Source: Octopus sinensis (lineage: Eukaryota). Taken from it: 64,000 nucleotides of DNA. The number at the start of each line of letters is the position of its first letter. The first letter of the stretch is position 1. The translations under genes were made by a program, and so were the position numbers. Shown piece after piece: positions 28,381 through 41,766 of the stretch. The notes under the pieces were generated by a model. That model worked only from the letters and a program-made list of their open reading frames with translations, was not told the origin of the DNA and did not search any database. The DNA is taken from NCBI RefSeq assembly GCF_006345805.1, contig NC_042999.1:60636001-60700000 (forward strand), in the 5' to 3' direction.

Positions 28381-28538
28381 TAGGCGCAGGAGTGGGTGTG
28401 TGGTAAGTAGCTTGCTTATCGCCCACATGGTTCCGGGTTCAGTGGCATTGCGTGGTACATTGGTCAAGTGTCTACTATAGGTTCGTGCCGACCAAAGCCT
28501 TGTCAGTGGATTCGGTAGACGGAACTGAAAGAATCCCG

Positions 28539-28545
<7 letters not shown>
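28381..28545 (+). mobile_element. SINE family B head half
   Basis: taggcgcaggagtgggtgtgtggtaagtagcttgc...gtagacggaactgaaagaatcccg. Confidence 0.85.
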
Positions 28546-28578
<33 letters not shown>

Positions 28579-28601
28579 TATATATATATAAGTGGGCATC
28601 C

Positions 28602-28838
28602 CTTATGCTAGAAGAATATCCGCTATGGTCTTACCACTAAGAAAGGAAAGTTCTCAAGAAAATTTAGCAAAATGCCATAAAGTAAGCGAGCAACACAAAT
28701 GAAAAGATACAAAATGTATCTTTTCATTTTGTATCTTTTCATTTGTCTTGCTCGCTTACGTTCTGGCGTTTGCTAAATTTTCTTGAGAACAATCCTTTCT
28801 TAGTGGTAAGACCATAGCGGATCTTTTTCTAGTATAAG
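28602..28838. repeat. ~237-bp imperfect palindrome (arms ~115 bp)
   Basis: Left cttatgctagaagaatatccgctatggtcttaccactaagaaagg... equals the reverse complement of the right arm apart from scattered mismatches. Confidence 0.9.
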
Positions 28839-28879
28839 AGATGTCCACTAACAGGTCATCCCTCTTATATGTATGTAAT

Positions 28880-30108
28880 ATATTTACTAAAGAACATAGA
28901 GAGTGTATGATAGAACTGAAATAGAAAATCCTGAATAGGCTTGAAGTTGTAAGACACTCCAATATACATGATAGAGAACCACTTCATAAGCTCTCAAATA
29001 CAATCCAAAATAGAAAACAAATTAAAATTGGAAACTATGTAACAGAGGAAATTATACAAGAACTAAAACCAGATCTCACTGAATTAAATGAAATTACTTA
29101 CGCAGCAGCTAAGACAATTGAAACCAGTTGTATGCCTTTGAAAAAACAAAGAAATACAAACCCGAGAAGAATTCTAAACTGGAAAAGTAAATTTGAAAAA
29201 GAGATTTAAATAATGAGAAGTGAAATATCAATATTGAATGAACTAATTTATGGAAACAATATAAAAACCAGAAAAGGAAGAAAGATGAAGAGAATACATA
29301 GATTCTCGCTGATAGAAGAATTGCTTTCAGCAAATGGAACACTGCAACAAAATGTCCAAACAAAATTTCAAAGAATACGAAGATTTGAGAAGAGAAACAA
29401 ATTTTACAAGCAAAATAAGCTGTTCATATCCAATGCGTAAACATTCTACAGAGAAATAGAGAAGGAGAAAATAACCGTTGAAGACCCCGCTGCCACGGAA
29501 GAAGTTGTAAAGTTCTGGGAAAATATCTGGAGTAATGAAAAGACTTACAATGAAAATGAAGACTACATTAGACGCACAGAAGGATTCTACCAAAACTTAC
29601 CAGAATAAACTGGGAGAAATCACTATAGAAGACCTAAGGATGAGACTCGCAAAGGCTCATAAGTGGAAATCTGGTAATGATAGAGGGACAAATTTCTGGC
29701 TCGCCTCGCTCCCGTGCGCTCACGAAAAGTTAGTCCAGTTATTCAATGAAATTATGAGAGATCCTACGAAAACACCTAATCGGTTAGCAAGAGGTATTAC
29801 TTACCTACTCCCGGAGAATAATGAAACCAAATTTCCGGGAAAATTATCGGCCCATAGTATGTCTATCTACCACGTATAAAATGTTACTGTCCATCTCGTG
29901 GAGAAAACATACAAATTTATGGAAGAGAACGGTATTTTCCCCACTGAACAAAAAAGGCTGTCAACGAGGCTCGTATGGATGCAAAGACCAACTCTTAATC
30001 AATCGCATGAGCCTTGAGCTCTGTCATAACAAGCGAAGAAATCTCAGTTGTATAAGGATTGATTATAAAAAGGCCTTTGACAGCATACCGCATTCATGGA
30101 TCTTGAAA
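28880..30108 (+). pseudogene. R4/Dong-clade non-LTR retrotransposon, copy 1 (N-terminal and RT start, degenerate, 3' truncated)
   Basis: DREPLHKL...LTELNEITYAAA; NYRPIVCLSTTYK; KKGCQRGSYGCKDQLLIN; IDYKKAFDSIPHSWI. Paralogous to 31760-34713. Confidence 0.85.
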
Positions 30109-30278
30109 TTACTTGTGGGCAATAAAGAAATAGGAAATATGGTAAAAAATGCAAAATAATCTTTTATTTAAGAAAACAATTTGTATTAAACAGCTGTTTA
30201 AGCCTAAAAGTCGGCCCATGTTGTTAGATTTATTGAACTTTTCTCGGGAAGCAATTTGGAAAGAATTGTTAAAATTCA

Positions 30279-30281
<3 letters not shown>

Positions 30282-30317
<36 letters not shown>

Positions 30318-30318
30318 C

Positions 30319-30351
<33 letters not shown>

Positions 30352-30368
30352 CTCTTCTTCTTCTTCTT

Positions 30369-30399
<31 letters not shown>

Positions 30400-30408
30400 T
30401 TATTATTA

Positions 30409-30469
<61 letters not shown>

Positions 30470-30470
30470 T
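30282..30470. repeat. (ATT)n-(CTT)n-(ATT)n microsatellite
   Basis: Direct reading. Confidence 0.95.
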
Positions 30471-30711
30471 AATTTTAGTTCTCTGTTCTGAAATGTCTGT
30501 GCAGTTATATATATAATATATATTTCATCGCATAGTTTTAGATTCTAGATTTACTGAGTACGACATATGTACTAGTCTAAACATGGAATAACACATACAC
30601 ATATATTTAACGAATAATATGTTATGTGTATTATGAGACTCATGAATCGGAAGATATATCCATTTATTTAAAATCAAATTACATCTGCTAACGTAAGCAA
30701 TTTTTCTTCAG

Positions 30712-30813
30712 AAATCTCCAAGTTTACATCAAAAGCTGAAGCAGTAAATGGCTGCGATCAAGCGAACATGACTGTGGATGTCTCCACAGAGACACAACAA
30801 ACATTAGAGACTG
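30712..30813 (+). CDS. Candidate internal exon (102 nt, phase 1-1), product unknown
   Basis: Branch-like tgCTAAC, tttttcttCAG acceptor, stop-free frame ISKFTSKAEAVNGCDQANMTVDVSTETQQTLET, donor G|GTGAAT. No homology recognised. Confidence 0.3.
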
Positions 30814-31324
30814 GTGAATGTTCTGATGTCATTCTATAATACAGAATTATGGACTATATACCGTAGACACTTTAGGCAATTTGATCTTCTTTGGGAGAAT
30901 TTAGAATATATCGAACTAAACAGGAGAATATTAAATGAAAACTCCCCTAACCAAATGAATATCTGTGTCACTATTAAACGGGTTGTACAACCAATTAATA
31001 TGAAGTAATTAGTATATTTAAGTAATACTGTTATATATGTAATTAAACGAAAGCGATTTTTCTGTTATTGGGTAGAAACACTTCTCAAGGCCCTTTCAAA
31101 ACATTTGTGACTTTCGTATCAAAGTAACAAATAAAGATAAGTTAAAAAGAAAAGAAAGGTGGGGAAATGTTCATCGTAGTCCACTTTTATTCACAAATGT
31201 AAAAGGAAATTAAAACGCTTGACAGGGAAACAATAAATCTAAAAACAACGTGTAAATGAAAAGTCCAAACAGTTTGCTTGGAAATTATGCAAGAGAGGAT
31301 ACCTTGCAAGAATACGCCACAAAC

Positions 31325-31416
31325 TTGCCAATAAAAAAATAAGCCATCTATTTTATACGGATGACTTAAAACTTTATGGTAAAGACAATAATGAACTTGA
31401 AGGCCTATTGCGCACC
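31325..31416 (+). pseudogene. Isolated 92-bp R4/Dong RT fragment
   Basis: Nearly identical to 32961-33051; reads NKKISHLFYTDDLKLYGKDNNELEGLLRT. Confidence 0.9.
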
Positions 31417-31759
31417 TGAAATTTCTAAAGATCAGATATGAGAAGTAAACAAAAGCAGTTACTGCATGGTTGGAGTGGTCAGACTTGCATAGACATTCGT
31501 GAGATGGCTGGATGGATAGTACATAGGAAACATGATACACCACGTCAAAAAAATAAACATGCGTGGACATTTCCTAACACCATTAATGTTGCTTGGTATC
31601 CATGGTGGAGGCGGCAATAATGTTAAAAGTTCCAAAATCTATTTCATCTCGATTCGAAGGTCGCTGTATGGGGATTCCGAGATTATTCGTTGATATGATA
31701 ATAATAATAATAATAATAATAATATTGATAATAATAATAATAAGAAGAAGAAGAAGAAG

Positions 31760-34713
31760 AAAAAACAAAGAAAACAAAACCTGGGAATAAATCAAACCTG
31801 GAGAAGTAAAATTGAAAAAGAGATTGAATTTATGAGAGGGGAAATATCAATATTAAATGAACTAATATGTGGAAATGATGTAAGATCCAGAACAGGAAGA
31901 AAGATGAAGAGAAAATTTGGATCCTCACCAAGAGAAGAACTGATATCAATAAAAGAAACGCTGAAACAAAAAGTCCAAGCAAAAGCCCAAAGAATACGAA
32001 GATTTGAGAAGAGAAACAAGTTTTACAAGCAAAATAAGCTGTTCACATCAAATACCAAAAAATTCTACAGAGAAATAGAGAAGGAGAAAGTAACCGTTAA
32101 AGACCCCCCTCCCATGGAAGAAGTTCAAAACTTTTGGAAAAGGATTTGGAGTGACAAGAAGACGTACAACATAAATGCAGACTGGATTATACAAACTCAA
32201 GGATCCTACCAAAATTTAAAACAACAAGCATGGGAAGACATCACAATAGCAGACCTAAGAAAGGCACTCACGAAGGCCCATAATTGGAAATCCCCCGGTA
32301 AAGATAGGGTGCCGAATTTCTGGCTCGCATCGCTCCCGTGCGCACACGGTAAGCTAGTTCAGCTGCTCAATGGAATTATGAGAGACCCAAAGAAAACACC
32401 TGAATGGTTAGCAAGTGGCATTACTTACCTACTCCCAAAGAATAACGAAACCAACCTTCCGAAAAACTATCGGCCTATAACATGTCTATCCACCACGTAT
32501 AAAATCCTAACATCTATCCTGGCGGAGAAAACATATGCATTCATGGAGAAGAACGATATTTTCCCCATTGAACAAAAAGGGTGCCGCCGAGGCTCTTACG
32601 GATGCAAAGATCAACTGCTAATCAATCGTATGATCCTTGAGAACTGTCACAACAAGCGCAGAAATCTCAGCACCGCATGGATTGACTATAAAAAAGCCTT
32701 CGACAGTATACCGCATCCATGGATCTTGAGATCGCTGGACATCTTCAAAATTTCCCCTGTGATTTCAAACTTCCTGAAGCACAATATGTCGTTGTGGAAT
32801 ACGAATCTCCAATTATACCACTCTAATGGAGTACTTGCCTCAGAAAATATAAACATCAACTGTGGAATTTTTCAAGGTGACTCACTTTCACCTTTAATAT
32901 TCTGCATAGCCCTAATACCCCTTACAAGTGAATTAAACAGAACAGGGTATGGGTATAAAATTGCCAATAAAAAATAAGCCATCTATTTTATAAGGATGAC
33001 TTAAAACTTTATGGTAAAGACAATAATGAACTTGAAGGCCTATTGCGCACCGTGAAAGCATTCAGCGATGACATCGGGATGGAGTTTGGACTTGAGAAGT
33101 GTGCCAAGGCCACTTTCCAGAAAGGGAAAGTGAAGACCACAAATTCAGTCGTGTTAGATGTTGACACAGTCATAAGAGAGCTTGAGCAAGAACAAACATA
33201 CAAATATTTAGGGATAAATGAAGGATCTGGTATTCAGCATGCAAGCATGAAAGAGAAAATCAGGAAGGAATGTTATAGGATAGTTTGTGCAGTCCTGAAA
33301 TCTGAACTAAATGCACGTAACAAGGTGTTAGCTATAAATTCCTTAGCAGTTCCAGTTGTTACTTATAGCTACAATGTGTTGAACTAGAATATGAGTGAAG
33401 TAAAGAATATAGATAGAAAAATACGCAAGCTGCTGAGTTGTAATAGAATGCACCACCCAAAGGCAGACGTAGATCGCCTTTACCTTCCCAGAGCCCAAGG
33501 CGGTCGAGGCCTGATCCAATTTGAACTAGCTTACAAAACAACCACAATTGGACTGGCCAAATATCTCGAAATATCGAATGACTGGATGCTAAAGCTCGTG
33601 GAAAATCACGAGAGACGAAAGAAGCTTCATTCTATCATCAAGGAAAGCAAAAAATTTGCTATTGATCTCGTACAGGATACCCAAACTGAACAACCCGAGG
33701 GAAGTACGGCAACTATTGTTGCAAAGAAGGTGAAAATGATGGCAATGAAAAAAGCGCACGAGCAATTGGCTGATAGGTGGGAGGAGAAACCTCTGCACGG
33801 CAAATATGTGACCCGCAGCAAACAAGCTGATGTTGACCAGAAGCAAACCCATCAGTGGCTGCGGAGCTCAGGGCTAAAAGCAGAGAGCGAAGGTTTCATC
33901 CTGGCTGCTCAAGACCAAAGCCTATTAACCCGGAACTACCAGGCCAATGTGATGAAAAATGGAGCAGACCCAAAATGCCGATTCTGCAACGACATGATTG
34001 AAACAGTGGACCACCTAATCTCTGGATGTAAAGTCTTAGCACCAGTGGAGTATAAATTAAGACATGACAGAGTTGGCCAATATCTCCACTGGCTAATACG
34101 TCAGCATTACAATATCAAAACTGCCGACAAGTGGTATAATCACCACCCTGAGGCTGTAACTGAAGGAGAAAATGTAACCATTCTGTGGGACTTTCCAGGA
34201 CATACAGACCGAACCATCAAGGCCAATAAACCAGATATTGTTGTGAAAGACCAAAACAATAAAGTTTGCTTATTGATCGACATGAGCATCCCCTGTGATC
34301 ATAATATCTCAGCGAAAGAGTTTGCCAAGCTCAGAAAATATAAAGACCTACTCATTGAAATTGAGAAAATGTGGCATCTCAAGGCGGTTACAATACCAGT
34401 GATCGTAGGAGCACTAGGAATGATCAAGAAGGGAACCGAAAATTATATGAGAATGATCCCTGGCTTACCATCCCTGCAAGAAGTGCAAAAGATTGTCTTA
34501 ACTGGTACATCACACGTATTGAGAAGAGCATTGTCGATGTGAGAACTGTTGCTGCTCATGTATTTTAATTTAACTTTAAAAAAAAAAAAAAAATGAACGA
34601 ACTATTGAGTTTGGTTAATGGCCTACCAATATACACTATGAGTTTCTTTGCCCTAGGAGTCGGGAAGACACTCGGCAAGAAATGGAAGAAAATTTGAAGA
34701 AAAGAAAACAAAA
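31760..34713 (+). mobile_element. R4/Dong-clade non-LTR retrotransposon, copy 2 (RT, CCHC, restriction-like endonuclease), 5'-truncated, lightly inactivated
   Basis: ORFs 31832-32977, 33043-33387 and 33391-34542 form one protein broken by a -1 frameshift and a nonsense codon. Motifs: WIDYKKAFDSIPH, QGDSLSP, YKDD (for YMDD), CRFC...H.ISGC, RHD, KPDIVV...IDMSIP...KY.DL. Flanked by (TAA)n. Confidence 0.95.
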
Positions 34714-34746
34714 GTAATAATAATAATAATAATAATGATGATAATG

Positions 34747-34784
<38 letters not shown>

Positions 34785-34823
34785 TGATGATGATAATGAT
34801 GATGATAATAATATAATGATATA

Positions 34824-34854
<31 letters not shown>

Positions 34855-34878
34855 AATATAATAATGATGATAATGATG

Positions 34879-34911
<33 letters not shown>

Positions 34912-34959
34912 TAGTAATAATATGATGATGATAATGATGATGATAATAATAATATGATG

Positions 34960-34994
<35 letters not shown>

Positions 34995-35044
34995 TAATAA
35001 TAATAATAAAATATAATAATAATATGATGATAATGATGATAATA

Positions 35045-35111
<67 letters not shown>
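34714..35111. repeat. Degenerate (TAA)n/(TGA)n array
   Basis: Direct reading; lies between R4 copies 2 and 3. Confidence 0.95.
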
Positions 35112-37640
35112 TAACATCACAGAAAAGATTTACCTGAGATAAAAGAAAAGCTGAAGCAAGTTATCCTTGCCAAAGCGCAAAGGATCCGCTGGTACGAGAA
35201 ACGCCAGCGCTTGTTTGAACAAGACAAAAAGTTCAACTCCAACCCCAAAAAGTTCTACCAAGAACTTGGCAAAAATAAAATAGAAATCACTGCAGCACCA
35301 ACGGCAGAAGAACTGGAAGAATTCTGGAGAGAAATATGCTCGGCGAACAAGCAACCAAAAAAAAAGGAGTATTAAAACAACAAACCCAGCATCTGAGCAA
35401 CTTTGGACCCCCATAACAACTGAAGAGGTCACCCAGGCACTGCAAAGACTAAGCAACTGGAAGACACCTGGGCATGACAAGATCCCCAACTTCTGGTTGA
35501 AATATCTAACAGGAATGCACAAAAAGCTGGCTGAAAACTTTAACAACGTACTAGCAGAGCCAAAGACAATGCCTGAATGGCTCACGAAGGAGAAAACCAT
35601 CTTAATTCCCAAATCAAATGAGACAGCAAAACCAGAAAACTACAGACCAATAACCTGTCTCCCTACAATGTTCAAGGCATTACTGCAGTGATATCGCAAA
35701 GGCTGAACAAGCACCTGGACGAAAACAACCTGTTTCCAGAAGAGCAGAAAGGATGCCGCAAAGGCGCATATGGCTGTAAAGATCAACTAATGATCAATAA
35801 AGCCATAACTGAAGACAGCCACAGAAAGAAGAAAGGCCTCAGTATGGCCTGGATTGACTACAAAAAGGCGTTTGATAGCATCCCCCACACATGGATCCTC
35901 GAAACACTAGCCATTAACAAAGTAGCACCAACATATATAAAATTCATAGGGCACTCTATGAATAAATGGCAAACAGTGCTACACCTCCAAAACGATCAGC
36001 CACCTATTATATATGGATGACCTAAAACTATACGCTGCAAATGACAAACAGCTGGAAGCACTATTAAAGACAGTTCATGGATTTACCAAAGAAATAGGTA
36101 TGAAATTTGGATTAGAAAAATGCGCCAAAGTAACCCTGAAAAGAGGAAAACTAGTTAAGAGTAGCAACATCACACTAGATAAAACCAATGAAATAAAAGA
36201 ATTAGACCAAAGCCAAACTTACAAATACTTAGGAATCCATGAACTAGATAAGACACAACACACACAAATGAAAGAGAAAATAAAAAAGAATATTATAGAC
36301 GAGTTAGATCAATACTAAAAACAGAGCTCAATGCTAAAAACAAGATAATAGGTATTAACTCTTTAGCTATCCCAGTTATAAGTTACAGCTACAATATCCT
36401 TAACTGGACACTAAATGAACTGACCAAATTAGATACGAAAACAAGAAAAATACTGACAGGATCTAGGATGCATCACCCAAAATCTGACATAGAAAGACTA
36501 TATATATACAACGTATAGAAGGTGGTAGAGGCCTTATACAGCTGGAAAACTACTATAAAATAACCACCATGGGACTGCAAAAATATCTACTTCAGAAGGA
36601 AGGAAAACTGATACAAATAGTGGCAAAACACGAGCAAAACAAAAAGATGTTCTCTGTATTTAAGGAAGCTGACAAATACAAACAAGAAATCATACCACCT
36701 AATAAATATGAAGAAGAAGAAGAAAAAGATGAAGAAACAACAAAAGCTATAAAAGAAATGAAATCCAAACTAAAAATAGAACAGCAAAGAACCATGATAT
36801 AACGATGGCAAGAAAAGCCCTTTCATGGTAAATACTGGACTAAACTAAACGCAAAAGAAATAGACAAAGAAAAATCTCAAAGCAGAGACAGAGGGATTTT
36901 TAATTGCAGCACAAGACCAAAGCCTCCCCACCAGAAATTACCAAAAACATGTAATGAAAAGAAATAAAACAAGTAACTGCAGAATATGTGGAGATGGACA
37001 AGAAACAATAAATCATATTATCTCTGGCTGCCCAATCCTGGCTAAAAAGGAGTATATATACAGACATGACAGAGTTGGAACCTACATACACTGGAAGCTA
37101 TGCCAACATTATGGAATAACAACAGAAAAAAGATGGTATAGGCACACACCAGAAAAGGTCACAGAAAACGAGAAAGCAACCATACTCTGGGATATGACGA
37201 TACACACAGATAGGGAAATCAAGGCCAACAGACCAGATATAGTTGTCAGAGATCATAAAGAAAAAATGCTTTCTAATTGATTTATCAATACCGGCAGATG
37301 ACAACGTGACTCTAAAAGAAATGGAGAAACTTTCAAAATACAAAGACCTGGAAATAGAGGTAACCAGAATGTGGAATCTAAAACCAGAAACAATTCCTAT
37401 CATAGTAGGTGCATTAGGCATGATAAAAAAAATATTCAGACAAATACATAACAAAAACACCAAGACTTACAAACACATATAACATACAATTGCACTACTA
37501 GGCACTGCACACATCCTACGCAGAACACTTTCCATACAATAACCATCAGAGCATCACAACAAATCACAGCACATACCTAAGGCACACAGAGCTGCGCTCG
37601 GTAGTGAAGTGAATGCACGCTATAAAAATAAAACTACTGA
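35112..37640 (+). pseudogene. R4/Dong-clade retrotransposon, copy 3 (divergent subfamily, internal deletions, frameshifts)
   Basis: NYRPITCLPTMFK, QKGCRKGAYGCKDQLMIN, YMDDLKLY, CRICGDGQETINHIISGC, RHDRVG, RPDIVV; stop at about 37542; (TAA)n tail. Confidence 0.92.
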
Positions 37641-37652
37641 ATAATAATAATA

Positions 37653-37711
<59 letters not shown>

Positions 37712-38180
37712 GCCTAAAAGATAGGCTACAGGAAATATTCTGCTCTCTACCACAGATTTGCCTGTCAGTTGTTTCACCATAACCAGTTGAGTATGTCCCT
37801 TAGTGGCTGACAATATGCGCATCTCTGATCACGAGCAGAAGTAGTGGGGGACATCATAGCCTTGTGTTGAGAGGGATTCTTAGGGGTTTGAATAATTCAC
37901 CTCTGGAAACATGGGTGTTTCGTTCAACCTCCTTAAACAACCCTTATTCAGGGACCTTTTGAGCGGGATGGGTTGCTCGACCAGTAGAAAATTCTAACTG
38001 GGCCTCACCTGCAACGTCATGTGCTGTTTATGTAGATATGAGATCACCATGTCACGCACATATGATTGTGATGCATGTGCCTAGTGCACGCTTATCAGAC
38101 GGACAGTCATGAAGGGTATACTGGGCCTCGTATATTTTACCCCAGTGTCACTTGAATGGCATGCACTGCTCTCTCACTCA
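37712..38180 (+). mobile_element. ~470-bp non-coding element embedded between (TAA)n tracts
   Basis: GC-richer than its flanks; begins right after (TAA)n and ends ...ctctcactc-AATAATAAC. Orientation is inferred. Confidence 0.5.
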
Positions 38181-39054
38181 ATAATAACAATAATAACAAC
38201 AACAATAGCAACAGCAACAATAGATATAAATATCATATGATATATACGTACATATGTGGGCTTGCGTGTACGTATACCTGAGTGTATTTAAATGTTTATA
38301 CATACATACATATAACCAGAGGTGCGTTCGTGTCTGAGTGTATATCCGTCCATATAAGTATGTATGCATGTACACACATATATATACAAACTTACTTTAA
38401 ATAGAAGCCTTTATATTTTTCATTAACATTACATAATCCACACGTGATTTTCAAAATATATTCAACCACCATCTTCATCTTCACTTCAAACAATGTGTAT
38501 TTACGCTAACATTTGAAAACTTTCTATCAGCTTTCTTTCCAACTTGCATAACACAATAGGTATAGGAGTGTAAATATAAATCAGCTGTCTAAAGGACACG
38601 AACACGAGGAGATTTCTCGTATTTTCCAAACTAAGAAGAGCAAATATTGATAAACGGCCTATCCAATAAGTAGGAAGGTTTATAATCTTATAGTGAAGTA
38701 AGTGGAGAATACTGGTAAACATATCTATAATTTTATGCCATAAACAGACACAATGTACGGATTTATGGTTTATTGTTCGTATTTTTTGTTTGTTCTCATC
38801 TCTGTAATGTAATAGTCTTCCAGCGAAATAAAACTACTTGATTCACTCAGTTTCTATACATAAAATATTAGTTTCATAACGATACCTTATAAATATATTT
38901 TCAGTTCTTGCTTACAATTTATTCAATACTCAATGATATTTGAATAATGTTCCCATAGAATCTATGTTTTGAGAAGAGTGGGAATATGTAGCAATAATAT
39001 CTAAGATATTATATGTAGCTGAAAGAAAGGAATATACATACATACATACATACA

Positions 39055-39090
<36 letters not shown>

Positions 39091-39100
39091 TATATAATAT

Positions 39101-39169
<69 letters not shown>

Positions 39170-39500
39170 AAGAACTCTTAGAGGAAAAAAAATATTCGTT
39201 TTCACCATATAAATAGAGATAAAGCAGGTAAATGTTTGAAAATAACATCATATTATTAATTCAGAACACGTCACAGCATTAATTCAGAACATATCTTCAT
39301 CGAGAAATAAAGGAAACTGACACAAGCGAAAAAATAAAGAAAAACAAAAAAAAGTATTTATATATGTGGAATTCAACTTTTAGACAAGAAAATCGAAGCT
39401 GAAACACATCAGCTACTGAGTTTGAAAAATATCTTGCGGGCGGCTCATATTCGCATATATCTCTATTATACCTACACACATACATAATATATAAATATAC

Positions 39501-39533
<33 letters not shown>

Positions 39534-39605
39534 CACATACATTCACACATATACATAGGTACATACACACACATGTATACATACATATATATATATATAT
39601 ACATT

Positions 39606-39660
<55 letters not shown>

Positions 39661-39674
39661 TATCATATATATAT

Positions 39675-39725
<51 letters not shown>

Positions 39726-40039
39726 GGGTTATCTTCATTTTCCAAAAAGAATAACTGAATCACGGTTTTGAAAGATGTTACAGTAATTGATATAGCTTTT
39801 ATAACTCCATAATGTTGAAGGAATGGATGCTAAAATCATTGCAAAGATAGGCTACAAGCAGATAACGGATTTTGCATGACGTAGAAGCGAGAGAGGAAAT
39901 ATGTACAAAAGGTAATAGATACAGATTACATGTAACGAAAGGTTGCATGAAGCTTGCAACTCGATATAGAATCAATGATGGAATTTAAAAAACCAAAGTT
40001 GTTATGTGTTTGCCATGTTGTTTACAATATAGTAGTGCA

Positions 40040-40512
40040 GTCATGTGACCAAGTAGCTAGGGTACTCGTCTCATGCTCGTAAAGTTATGAGTTTGATACC
40101 CGGATGTGTGTTCTGTCATTCAGCAAGGCACTTTATTTCGCTCAGCTGGCAAAAGAAAATGAGTTGTACCTGTATTTCTTAGGGTCAGATTTGCTACATC
40201 CACAGTCAACGTGAATCTCCCCGAGAACTACTCTTTTATTCTTTACTTGTTTCGGTCATTTGACTGCGGCCATGCTGGAGCACCGCCTTTAGACGAACAA
40301 ATCGACCCCAGGACTTATTCTTTGGAAGCTCAGTACTTATTCTATCGGTCTGTTTTGCCGAACCGCTAAGTTACGGGGAGGTAAACACACCAGCATCGGT
40401 TGTCAAGCGATGTTGGGGGTACAAACACAGATATACGAACAAACACACACACATATATACATATACATATATACGACGGACTTCTTTCAGTTTCCGTCTA
40501 CCAGGCACACAA

Positions 40513-40568
<56 letters not shown>

Positions 40569-40845
40569 TATATATATATATACATATATACGATGGGCTT
40601 CTTTCAGTTTCCGTCAACCAAATCCACTCAAAAGGCTTTGGTCGGCCCGAGGCTATAGTAGAAGACACTTGCCCAAGGTGCCACGTAGTGAGACTGAACC
40701 CCGAACCATGTGGTTCGTAAGCTAGCTACTTACCACACAGCCACTCCTGCGCTTACATTAAGTGTACGAATGTTTTCGGATCAGGCTGTTCCCTTAATCA
40801 GATCAGCTGGAACACTCGCCGTCGTAACCGATGGAGTACCGGACT
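40040..40845 (+). mobile_element. SINE family C-variant split by a nested family B SINE
   Basis: Left part ends ...gagaactac, right part resumes tacattaag...ctggaacactcgccgtcgtaaccgatgg; the same tail is seen at 63700-63890. Confidence 0.65.
40225..40753 (-). mobile_element. SINE family B with a short internal duplication
   Basis: Aligns with 13081-13489; tatacga(c/t)gg(a/g)cttctttcagtttccgtc occurs twice. Confidence 0.9.
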
Positions 40846-41243
40846 GCAATACAGGAAGGCAGCGAGCAAACAGAATCGCCAGCAAGTTGAACAAATACTT
40901 AGCGGCGTTTCTTCTCTCTTTCTCAACATTCTGAATTCAAATACCGTCGATATCTAATTTCATTTTAATCACTTCAGTGTCGATTAAATAAATTATTATG
41001 CAACTACGGGGATGGATCTGATCGAAATTGCTGATGCTGGCCCCTGCAATGTACCGCTGTTTCATTGTCCCTTTTCAGAGGGAATGTTGGGATCTCCGTT
41101 ACTTATACGCCGTAGCATCTACATACACATATACATACATACATACATACATACAGACACATGTATATTTATATGTATGTATGCATTATCTATCAATCTA
41201 TGTCTCCCTTCCCCCTCTCTGTCTTTGTCTGTCTGTCTGTCTG

Positions 41244-41296
<53 letters not shown>

Positions 41297-41378
41297 TTAT
41301 ACTTATGATATAAGGATAAAATTTCGTTATTTATATTATTCACATTCAACGGATATTTGTCCTCATCTTGTTTCTTGT

Positions 41379-41426
41379 TAACACAACGTTTCGGCTGATA
41401 TACCCTCCAGCCTTCATCAGGTGTCA
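41379..41426 (-). ncRNA. Minimal type I hammerhead ribozyme motif
   Basis: TGACAC-CTGATGA-A-GGCTG-gagggtatat-CAGCC-GAA-ACGT-T-GTGTTA on the minus strand. Confidence 0.75.
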
Positions 41427-41513
41427 TGGGGAAATTTCGAACCTAGGTTCTCATTCCTAAGGTATATTTGATGATGCTGTTATTATTATTATTATTGTTG
41501 TTGTTATTATTAC

Positions 41514-41573
<60 letters not shown>

Positions 41574-41653
41574 AGTCACTGCTTTGAATCGAACACGGAA
41601 TATTGGGTTAGTAGATCGAGCTCTTAACCACTATGTCATATCCCCGTGTGTAA

Positions 41654-41720
<67 letters not shown>

Positions 41721-41766
41721 TTGAAAAATACCTTAGGAACGAGAACCCAGGTTCGAAATCTCCCCA

